Origin: Bacteroidales bacterium
Lineage (GTDB): Bacteria > Bacteroidota > Bacteroidia > Bacteroidales > VadinHA17
Direction of reading: 5' to 3'
Assembly: GCA_049654745.1 (NCBI GenBank)
Contig: JBASIK010000233.1
Span: 447-64,446, forward strand
DNA: 64,000 nucleotides
Positions 50,362 to 58,900 of the stretch are shown here, piece after piece (the stretch's first letter is position 1; each line of letters begins with the position of its first letter). The notes beneath the pieces are model-generated. The model saw only the letters and a program-made list of their open reading frames with translations. It ran no database searches and was not told the origin of the DNA. The position numbers were made by a program, and so were the translations under genes.

Positions 50362-50399
50362 AATTTAAAAAAGAAGAAGAATTCCGGCGGTTTCCGGAA
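50362..50399 (-). promoter_or_regulatory. Terminator-like hairpin plus U-tract inside the greA leader
   Basis: On the minus strand, TTCCGG-aaaccg-CCGGAA (6-bp stem) is followed by TTCTTCTTCTTTTTT. It lies between the candidate -7 box (50413-50420) and the greA ATG (50350). Confidence 0.45.
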
Positions 50400-50412
50400 C
50401 TCTTCATGAATA

Positions 50413-50420
50413 CAAATATA
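50413..50420 (-). promoter_or_regulatory. Candidate -7 promoter box (TATATTTG) for greA
   Basis: The reverse complement of caaatata sits 62 nt upstream of the greA ATG. Confidence 0.4.
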
Positions 50421-50482
50421 AAATATTTTTTAAAAAATCAAAAATAAAGACCTTTTTTATTGCAAATAAACGTTTTATATAA

Positions 50483-50863
50483 TTACCGGTATTTCTTTTT
50501 TGCCTTTCGGGTATCCGCATTAATCTTTTTCCTGTTAGCTCTATCTCTTGCGGCTATCTCTTTCTTGTTCTGTTTCATCCGTTCTTTTACCTCGGGCGAT
50601 TGTATCTGGTATGCCCTCTTTTTGCTTTCCTTTACAAAATTCTGGTACTCTTTTTTGAGTTTTGCCTCTTTTCTCTCCTGTTCTTTTTTCTTTTTCCTCA
50701 CACCTCTCGATTCCACCACTTTAACATTTCTTCTCTTACTGAATAAACTTTTTTCCGGACTTCTCCCCTTTGTCCTGGGACGCTGCTGTGCTTCGGCAGT
50801 TATGGATCCGGCAAGAATGAACAAAACAAGAGTGCTTATACAGAAAATCAAAATTTTTCTCAT
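50483..50863 (-). CDS. Small secreted, extremely basic (K/R-rich) hypothetical protein
   Basis: 126 aa. Clear signal peptide (MRKILIFCISTLVLFILAGSITAEA), then a K/R/E-rich mature part. I prefer it over the mirror + strand ORF 50460-50873, whose F/L/S-rich product is the compositional shadow of Lys codons. Confidence 0.6.
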   Translation of the reverse strand: MRKILIFCISTLVLFILAGSITAEAQQRPRTKGRSPEKSLFSKRRNVKVVESRGVRKKKKEQERKEAKLKKEYQNFVKESKKRAYQIQSPEVKERMKQNKKEIAARDRANRKKINADTRKAKKKYR

Positions 50864-50893
50864 ACCATTATAAATATTTAACAGTTTAAAAGG

Positions 50894-50901
50894 TAAATTT
50901 G
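50894..50901 (+). promoter_or_regulatory. Candidate -7 promoter box (TAAATTTG) for the Rieske-like lipoprotein gene
   Basis: TAAATTTG sits 17 nt upstream of the ATG at 50919. Confidence 0.4.
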
Positions 50902-50918
50902 CAAAGTCACATAAAAGT

Positions 50919-51395
50919 ATGTTCCGTTATTCAAAAATAATATTTTCCGGAATTATCCTGTCAATTGCTATCCTTTTTTTATCATGTTCAAAGGAAAAGA
51001 ACGATGTTATACCAGATGTTTACGTTGATTTTTACATCAGTCTGGATGACCCTGAATTTCTTTCACTTAATGCACCAACAAATTCTGTAATTGTGACTTA
51101 CAAAACAAATAATCTTGGAGCTCCTGCTGCCGGTTATGATTCGAATGGTATTATAATTTACAGGGCAGATGAAACACAATTTTATGCTTACGACAGAACA
51201 TGCCCTTACGATTTTGCAGTTAACAATCTAAGTATAAAGGTCAATATTGATGGAATTTATGCTGTTTGTCCGCAATGCAGCACGTCGTATGCTCTTCCTG
51301 CTGGTGGTTCACCCGCCTCAGGGCCGGGTAGATATCCTCTGAAAAATTATAAAACTTCCTTCAAAGGAATTAATGTCCATGTATGGAACCACTGA
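50919..51395 (+). CDS. Lipoprotein with a Rieske-fold-like C-terminal domain lacking the canonical His ligands
   Basis: 158 aa with lipobox LFLSC. Its C-terminal pattern is GIIIYRADETQFYAYDRTCPYDF-x18-AVCPQCSTSY...GPGRYPLKNYKTSFKGINVHV. This parallels the Rieske layout C-P-H...C-P-x-H-G-S...GPA..PL..Y, but has Tyr and Cys where the two His ligands would be. Confidence 0.6.
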   Translation: MFRYSKIIFSGIILSIAILFLSCSKEKNDVIPDVYVDFYISLDDPEFLSLNAPTNSVIVTYKTNNLGAPAAGYDSNGIIIYRADETQFYAYDRTCPYDFAVNNLSIKVNIDGIYAVCPQCSTSYALPAGGSPASGPGRYPLKNYKTSFKGINVHVWNH

Positions 51396-51413
51396 AATTT
51401 ATTTCAGTGTGTA

Positions 51414-52829
51414 TTAATACCTGTAATGGTCTGGTTTGAAAGGGCCTTCTTTACTGACTCCAATATATTTAGCCTGTTTGTCAGTGAGTTTTGTCAGTTT
51501 AACACCAAGTTGTTCAAGGTGAAGGCGGGCAACCTCTTCATCGAGGTGTTTGGGCAGCCGGTAAACACCCACCTTGTAATTCTTTTTCCAGAGCTCAATC
51601 TGTGCAAGGGTCTGGTTGGTAAATGAGTTGCTCATCACAAACGATGGGTGACCTGTGGCACAGCCGAGGTTAACGAGCCTTCCTTCAGCAAGAAGATATA
51701 TTGCATGCCCGTCAGGGAAAACATATTTGTCAACCTGTGGTTTTATGTTTATTTTCTTGATTCCCTTATAGTTGTTCAGTTTGTCAACCTGAATTTCGTT
51801 ATCGAAATGACCGATGTTACAAACAATTGCCTGGTCCTTCATCTTCTCCATATGCTCAATTGTTATAACATCGCAATTGCCCGTTGCTGTAACGTAGATA
51901 TTGCCTTCGTCGAGAGTATCCTCAACGGTTTTAACTTCAAAACCTTCCATTGCAGCCTGCAAGGCGCATATTGGATCTATCTCAGTCACAATCACACGGG
52001 CACCGTACGCTCTCATTGATTTTGCACACCCTTTGCCTACGTCTCCGTAACCGCACACAACCACCACCTTGCCTGCGATCATAACGTCCATTGCTCTTTT
52101 GAGTCCGTCGGCAAGTGATTCGCGGCATCCATAAAGGTTATCAAACTTCGATTTTGTAACTGAGTCGTTTACATTAATTGCCGGAACGAGAAGTTCACCT
52201 TTCTCCAGCATCTGGTAGAGGCGGTGCACACCTGTTGTTGTCTCTTCCGAGATACCCTTCAGCTCAGTAACTACCCTGTGCCACTTGTGTGGGTCTTCAG
52301 AATATATTTTTTTCAGCGTCTGAAGTATAACTTCTTCTTCCCTGCTTTCAGGTGTTTTATCGAGTATTGAAGGGTCTTTTTCGGCTTTATATCCGAGATG
52401 TACCATCAGAGTGGCATCGCCACCGTCGTCTACAATCAGTGTGGGTCCCTTTCCGTCGGGAAATGACAGTGCCTGAGCTGTGCACCACCAGTAATCTTCA
52501 AGAGTTTCACCTTTCCATGCAAAAACAGGTATGCCTCTGGCAGCAATGGCTGCAGCAGCATGATCCTGTGTTGAGAAAATGTTACAGCTTGCCCATCTCA
52601 CCTCAGCGCCAAGCTCCACAAGTGTTTCGATCAGCACGGCTGTCTGAATGGTCATATGCAGTGAGCCGGTTATCCTTGCCCCTTTAAGAGGCTTCTCAGC
52701 CGCATACTTCTTGCGTACAGCCAGCAAGCCGGGCATCTCTTTTTCGGCAATCTCAATCTCTTTCCGGCCAAAATCGGCAAGTGAAATATCTTTAACTTTA
52801 TAAGGAAGTGTTTCTGTAAGAACGTTCAT
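51414..52829 (-). CDS. ahcY: Adenosylhomocysteinase
   Basis: 471 aa with the NAD motif [19 protein letters not shown] and a C-terminal ...DHYRY. Confidence 0.96.
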   Translation of the reverse strand: MNVLTETLPYKVKDISLADFGRKEIEIAEKEMPGLLAVRKKYAAEKPLKGARITGSLHMTIQTAVLIETLVELGAEVRWASCNIFSTQDHAAAAIAARGIPVFAWKGETLEDYWWCTAQALSFPDGKGPTLIVDDGGDATLMVHLGYKAEKDPSILDKTPESREEEVILQTLKKIYSEDPHKWHRVVTELKGISEETTTGVHRLYQMLEKGELLVPAINVNDSVTKSKFDNLYGCRESLADGLKRAMDVMIAGKVVVVCGYGDVGKGCAKSMRAYGARVIVTEIDPICALQAAMEGFEVKTVEDTLDEGNIYVTATGNCDVITIEHMEKMKDQAIVCNIGHFDNEIQVDKLNNYKGIKKINIKPQVDKYVFPDGHAIYLLAEGRLVNLGCATGHPSFVMSNSFTNQTLAQIELWKKNYKVGVYRLPKHLDEEVARLHLEQLGVKLTKLTDKQAKYIGVSKEGPFKPDHYRY

Positions 52830-52856
52830 GATTTAAAATATTAATATACCAGAATG

Positions 52857-52864
52857 CAAAGATA
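52857..52864 (-). promoter_or_regulatory. Candidate -7 promoter box (TATCTTTG) for ahcY
   Basis: The reverse complement of caaagata sits 27 nt upstream of the ahcY ATG. Confidence 0.45.
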
Positions 52865-52880
52865 ATAAAATTCGGCAATC

Positions 52881-53882
52881 TTATTTTTTCAGAAGACGCA
52901 AAGCTTCCTGGCGGTCGAGTTCAATGCGGCGTGAAAGTTCAGAAATAGTGTTAAAAACCATCTCGTCGCGGATACGATACCTGAACACTGCACAAACTTT
53001 CTCGCCATAAATATTCCCTTCAAAATCAAATATATTCACTTCAACAGATTTAATATTCTGATCCCTGTTGACGGTAGGGTTGTATCCAATACTCATAACT
53101 CCGTAATATTTTTTGTCTTTCAGATATATTTCAACCGCATAGACTCCGTTCCCGGGAATTAGTTTATCGGGGTAATCAGGTTTAATGTTTGCAGTGGGAA
53201 AACCTATTTTTCTTCCCAGCTTTCTTCCTTCTATTATTTTTCCGTTCATGAAATAATCATAACCAAGAAGATTATTGGCTTCCTCTATTCTGCCTCTGAG
53301 CAGAGCTTCCCTTACTGCTGAAGAACTAACTATAATACCACCAATTTTTACAGGCTCAAGAACCTCATAACTAATTCCATAGTTGTCTGCTATACTTCTT
53401 ATGGTTTCCTTATCTCCTTCTGCCATTCTTCCGAAATGATGACTGAATCCGGCTACAAAGTGTTTGGTGCCTATTTTATCGCAAAGAATTTTTTCGAAAA
53501 AATCTGCAGCACTCATCATACTAAGATCTCTGTCAAAATTAATTAGAACAACATGATCTATTCCGCACTTCTCTATAAGCGATATTTTCTCCTCAATACC
53601 TGTAAGAAGCTGTATTGTTTGAGAGTTCTGATTAAGTACCTGGCGCGGGTGAGGATGAAAAGTGACAACAACAGTTTCACCCTTTAATTCAGCAGCCCGT
53701 TTTTTAATCTGTTCAATAACAACCCGGTGGCCATGATGCACACCATCGAAGATACCGGTTGTTACCACTGGATTTCTGAATTTCAGATCGCTGTATCCAT
53801 AATGAACTTTCACCGTCTTGAAATTTAAGGGCAAAATTAATAAAGTGCCTGTATTATCACCGATTATAAAACGGAAAAACAA
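52881..53882 (-). CDS. ribF: Bifunctional riboflavin kinase / FMN adenylyltransferase
   Basis: GIFDGVHHGH (FAD synthetase) and GFPTANI (riboflavin kinase). Coordinates are for the longest ATG ORF. The conserved part starts near a GTG at 53813 (VKVHYGY...), so the true start may be there. Confidence 0.9.
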   Translation of the reverse strand: MFFRFIIGDNTGTLLILPLNFKTVKVHYGYSDLKFRNPVVTTGIFDGVHHGHRVVIEQIKKRAAELKGETVVVTFHPHPRQVLNQNSQTIQLLTGIEEKISLIEKCGIDHVVLINFDRDLSMMSAADFFEKILCDKIGTKHFVAGFSHHFGRMAEGDKETIRSIADNYGISYEVLEPVKIGGIIVSSSAVREALLRGRIEEANNLLGYDYFMNGKIIEGRKLGRKIGFPTANIKPDYPDKLIPGNGVYAVEIYLKDKKYYGVMSIGYNPTVNRDQNIKSVEVNIFDFEGNIYGEKVCAVFRYRIRDEMVFNTISELSRRIELDRQEALRLLKK

Positions 53883-53939
53883 GGCTTCAGCTTCAAATGT
53901 GAATCATTTTTTATACTTTAGCTGAATAACTCTGCCTGT

Positions 53940-55979
53940 ATGAAAAAATCAGGTTTTTATCTTATTGATCCCTGGCTGAAACCCTATGAGAGGATAATTG
54001 AGAGCAGGTATCTGAAATGTATAACCAGGGAAATTGAGCTTGCAGGGGAGAGACCGTTGGTGGAGTTTGCATCAGGGCATCATTATTATGGGTTCCACCG
54101 TAACGGAAGCAACTGGATTTTCAGGGAATGGGCGCCTGGAGCAGAAGCAATATATCTGACCGGGACATTCAGCAACTGGAAAGATAGTATCGATTACAGA
54201 CTGAAGAGGATTAATACTGAAGGCGACTGGGAAATAATACTTCCCGCAGATGCCCTCAGCCATGGTACCCTTTACAAGCTCTCCGTTCACTGGAAAGGAG
54301 GAAAGGGTGAAAGAATTCCTTCTTATGCAACAAGAGTAGTTCAGGATGAGAAAACAAAGATCTTCAGTGCTCAGATATGGATTCCTGAGGAACCTTACAG
54401 GTGGAAAAATAATTCTTTTAAGCCTTCAGGGTCCGTTCCATTGATTTATGAAGCCCATGTGGGTATGTCGTCGGAAGAGGAAAAAATAAGCACTTTCAGA
54501 GAATTTGCCGATAATATTATCCCATATATTGCCGATACCGGATACAACACCATACAGTTGATGGCTATTCAGGAGCATCCGTTTTATGGCTCTTTCGGGT
54601 ATCATGTTGCAAATTTCTTTGCTGTCTCCTCACGGTTCGGCACACCCGACGACCTGAAATATCTAATCGACACAGCACACGGTTGCGGGCTTGCTGTTAT
54701 CATGGATCTTGTTCATTCCCATAGTGTTAAAAACATCAATGAAGGTCTGGGGCTTTTCGATGGAACTCCTTCCCAGTATTTTCATACCGGCCCAAGAAGA
54801 GAACATATTGCATGGGATTCACTCTGTTTCGATTATGGAAAAGATAAAGTACTCCATTTTCTGCTTTCAAACTGCAGATACTGGCTTGAAGAGTTCAGAT
54901 TCGATGGTTTCAGGTTCGATGGCGTAACAAGTATGATTTATTATGATCATGGACTGGGGAAGAATTTTGTTTCTTACGATGACTATTTCAATGGCAATCA
55001 GGATGAAGATGCGCTTGTTTACCTCTATCTTGCAAACAAGGTAATTCACGATTTCAAACCTGAAGCCATCACCATTGCCGAGGAAATGAGCGGTATGCCC
55101 GGCATTGCATCATCAACTTCATCTGAAGGTTATGGTTTCGATTACCGTCTTTCAATGGGCGTCCCCGACTTCTGGATCAAGCTTGTCAAGGATACTTTTG
55201 ATGAATACTGGGACATGGGTCAATTGATGCATGAACTCACACAACATCGCCCCGAAGAAAAAGTTATATCATACTGCGAGTCGCACGACCAGGCACTTGT
55301 TGGAGATAAAACTCTTATTTTCAGAATGATCGATGCTGATATGTATTATGGTATGACTAAAGAGTTTCATAACCTAACTGTTGACAGGGGGATTGCTCTC
55401 CACAAAATGATAAGACTTATAACTTTTGCAACTGCCGGCGGTGGATATTTAAACTTTATGGGCAATGAGTTCGGACATCCCGAATGGATTGATTTTCCGA
55501 GGGAAGGTAACAACTGGAGTTACAAATATGCCAGAAGACAGTGGAGCCTTGTAAAAAATCCAAATCTTAAATATTCCCAGCTGGCTGAATTTGACAGGCA
55601 GATGTTGAAACTGCAGACAGAGGGAAGAGTGCTGGAAAATCCTTCCGTTATCAGAATAATAGAAAACTCACATGATAAAATAATTGCATTCATGCGAGGT
55701 GATTATCTATTCGTATTTAATTTTCATCCCGTGCTATCTTACACAGATTACGGAATACCTGTAACAGGCAAATTCAGGATTGTGCTCGATTCTGATGATC
55801 CTGCTTTTGGCGGATTTAACAGAATTGACAGGTCAATTATTTACAAGTCGATAAAAAATGCAAGGCTCTCTATTAATGAGCCTTACAGATTGTATCTCTA
55901 TCTTCCTTCACGTACAGCCCTTGTATTTAAGAAAGAGCCTGTAAAAAGAGTAACTGATATTTTAGTCAATCCAGCGTAA
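53940..55979 (+). CDS. glgB: 1,4-alpha-glucan branching enzyme (GH13, eukaryote-like type)
   Basis: 679 aa with GH13 regions I-IV: VIMDLVHSH, DGFRFDGVTSM, IAEEMSG and YCESHDQ. Confidence 0.92.
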   Translation: MKKSGFYLIDPWLKPYERIIESRYLKCITREIELAGERPLVEFASGHHYYGFHRNGSNWIFREWAPGAEAIYLTGTFSNWKDSIDYRLKRINTEGDWEIILPADALSHGTLYKLSVHWKGGKGERIPSYATRVVQDEKTKIFSAQIWIPEEPYRWKNNSFKPSGSVPLIYEAHVGMSSEEEKISTFREFADNIIPYIADTGYNTIQLMAIQEHPFYGSFGYHVANFFAVSSRFGTPDDLKYLIDTAHGCGLAVIMDLVHSHSVKNINEGLGLFDGTPSQYFHTGPRREHIAWDSLCFDYGKDKVLHFLLSNCRYWLEEFRFDGFRFDGVTSMIYYDHGLGKNFVSYDDYFNGNQDEDALVYLYLANKVIHDFKPEAITIAEEMSGMPGIASSTSSEGYGFDYRLSMGVPDFWIKLVKDTFDEYWDMGQLMHELTQHRPEEKVISYCESHDQALVGDKTLIFRMIDADMYYGMTKEFHNLTVDRGIALHKMIRLITFATAGGGYLNFMGNEFGHPEWIDFPREGNNWSYKYARRQWSLVKNPNLKYSQLAEFDRQMLKLQTEGRVLENPSVIRIIENSHDKIIAFMRGDYLFVFNFHPVLSYTDYGIPVTGKFRIVLDSDDPAFGGFNRIDRSIIYKSIKNARLSINEPYRLYLYLPSRTALVFKKEPVKRVTDILVNPA

Positions 55980-58900
55980 AAGGTAAAAATCCTGTTTGTG
56001 CGGAAGGTCTTTATGTTTGGGGAATATTCGTATTCCGTAAAAGAAAGAGCCGGCCTTTTCTGGTACAATATGTGCCCTGTAAAGACATTTTCCTCCTTTA
56101 CGGCTAACAAGTGAAAACTCGCGACTTGTAATGAATTCGTATTCTCCCTTCTGGGTCATCTGGGTTATTACCAGTTCTACTCCCAGATTTTCTACGGGAA
56201 TACTGTTTATATTAAGCAGAATTTCAGCTTTGTAATCCTTTCCTGAACGATAAATTTTTTCGGGAGGTTTCTCAAATTTAAAATTCAGAACTTCAATTTT
56301 GTCCCACTCCTCTATCATTTTTTTCTTCCATTCAGCAAGTTCTCTGGCTTTCTCAAAGTTATTGGCAACTATTTTTTTGTTCCTTTCCCAGAGTTTTATG
56401 TAGTACTTTTCGAAATAATCGTCGATCTGTCTTTTCATAGTAAACTCCGGTGCAATACGCGCCATTGAGTTTTTGATATAGCTCACCCATTCAACAGGTA
56501 TTCCCTGTTCGTTAACTGAATAATAGGCAGGGATTATTTCATATTCAAGCATATTATAGATTGTTTCCGCATCGACGTCATCCTGCAGATCCTGGTTTTC
56601 AAAAGTCCGTTTTTTAGGTAAGGCCCATCCTGCGTATGCCCTGTAGCCTTCGACCCACCAGCCGTCAAGCACGCTGAAGTGCAGTGTTCCATTCATTACT
56701 GCCTTCTCTCCGCTTGTTCCCGAGGCTTCAAGTGGCCTTGTTGGTGTATTAAGCCACACATCCACACCTCTGATGAGTTGTTTTGCAAGTTCAAGGTCAT
56801 AATTTTCGAGAAAAAGGATCTTACCTGTGAACTGAGGCATCTGTGATATCTCGAATATTCTTCTTATCAGCTCCTGTCCACCTCCATCATTCGGGTGGGC
56901 TTTGCCTGCGTATATAAACTGCACAGGCCTGTCGGGATTGTTAACAATCTTTTCAAGCCTGTTGAGATCCTTGAACAGCAGGTAAGCCCTCTTATATGTT
57001 GCAAATCTCCTTGCAAATCCAATTGTAAGGGCATTTTCATTCAGATGGGTGCTTACATTTAAAAGTGTTCTGGGGCTCACATGGAGCTCAATCATTTCCG
57101 ACTGTAGCTTTTTTCTTATGTTTACAAAGAGGGCTTTTTTCAGTCCTTTCTTAATCTCGTAAATCCTGCTGTCGTCAACTTCATAAATCTTCTCCCACAT
57201 CTTTCTGTCGGTCTGGTCGAAATCTTCCTTTCCGGTTATCTCCCGGTACAGGTTGTACCATTCCGGTGCAAGCCATGTACGGTAATGGACACCGTTTGTA
57301 ACATGTCCTATGAAGAGTTCCTCCTTCAGGTAACCGGGCCAGAGTTTTTTGAACATATCACGGCTAACCTCCCCATGAAGTTTGGAAACACCATTAACTT
57401 CCTGCGACATACGGGTAGCAAGAAAACTCATATTGAATTTTCTGTCGGAATCTGATTCACACCTTCCGAGCGACATCAGTTTTTCCCATGTAATGTTAAG
57501 ACGTGTATGATAATGGGAGATATATTTACGCAGCAGGTCTTCGTCAAAGGCATCATGTCCTGCCGGGACCGGAGTATGTGTGGTAAAGAGTGTTGAAGAA
57601 CGAACAACTTCAATCGCCTCATCGAACGTTAGATGGTAATCATTAATAAGGACTCTCAACCTTTCAAGGCTTATAAATGCTGAATGTCCCTCATTGCTGT
57701 GGAAGATGTCCGGTTTTATGCCCATTGCCGTTAGAGCCCTTACTCCTCCAATACCGAGTACAAGTTCTTGCTTGAGTCTGTTCTCATTATCACCTCCATA
57801 TAGATGGTGGGTAACAGTTCTGTCTTCAGGTATATTCTCGTCAAAATCTGTATCAAGAAGGAACAGGCTTACTTTTCCAACTTTAGCTTCCCATACCCTG
57901 ACTTTTACCGTTCGGCCAGGCCATGCCAGTGAAACAGTAAGATGGTTGCCCTCATTGTCTTTAACCGGATTTACTGGCAGGTGGCTGAATTCTTCGGCTT
58001 CATAAACTGCTATCTGTTCTCCTCGCGGACCAAGTTTCTGTTTAAAATAACCATAGCGGTATAAAAGTCCTATTCCTATGATATTCAGGTTTGAATCGCT
58101 TGCCTCCTTAAGATAATCGCCTGCAAGGACTCCAAGGCCCCCTGAGTATATTTTCAGGCATTGGTGTATACCAAATTCCATACTGAAGTACGCAACAGAT
58201 GGTTTGGTTTTATCTTCAGGGCGGTCCATATATTCCCTGAATATCCGATAAACTGTATTTAACTCCCTGAGGAAATCTTCATCTTCTTCAAGAACAAGAA
58301 GCCGTTTATAATCAATCTGTTCAAGGAGCTTCTTGGGATTATGCCCCACACTGTCCCAAACCGTCGGATCCATCCTTCTGAAAAGGTTCTCTGCCCTTGA
58401 ATTCCACGACCACCATAGATTTGTTGACAGCTCTTTCAATGCTGCCAGTTTCTCAGGAACATCACTCTGAACATATATATCTTTCCATACCGGTACCTGG
58501 TGAGGTTTCTTTATTTCAAGCACAGGAGCCTCTACCATTTTTATAAACTCACGCGGTTCGTTCCTGCGTTCAAAGCTTACCGTCAATGCCCTGTCGTATG
58601 CCGTGAAATAGTGCTTTACAAAGCTATCCCACATCAGTGTCCTCGAAATTTCATAAGCTTTGTTCCTGGCTTCTGCAATTTCCTGCTCTCCTAGTGTGGC
58701 AAATTCGGAAATAAAAGAGCAGATGGATGAAATTACTTCTGGTTCATTCTCATCGGTTCTGTTTATTATTCTTATGCTTTTCCCAGTATCGCTGAAATTC
58801 TCCTTAACCCACAATCCGAAACCCGAAAGGGTAGTTGTGAGGGTGGGTATACGGAACATCATGCTTTCCAGTGGCGTGTAACCCCATGGCTCATAATATG

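Noticed and set aside
50460-50873. + strand 137-aa ORF mirroring the basic-protein gene
   Set aside because: It is an F/L/S-rich compositional shadow of AAA/AAG/AGA codons on the opposite strand. The minus-strand product has a proper signal peptide.
52830-52880. SAH/SAM riboswitch upstream of ahcY. I also considered T-box or other leaders for serS and ribF
   Set aside because: Only about 27 nt separate the -7 box from the ahcY ATG, which is too short for any riboswitch. The serS and ribF upstream regions are also too short or unstructured.
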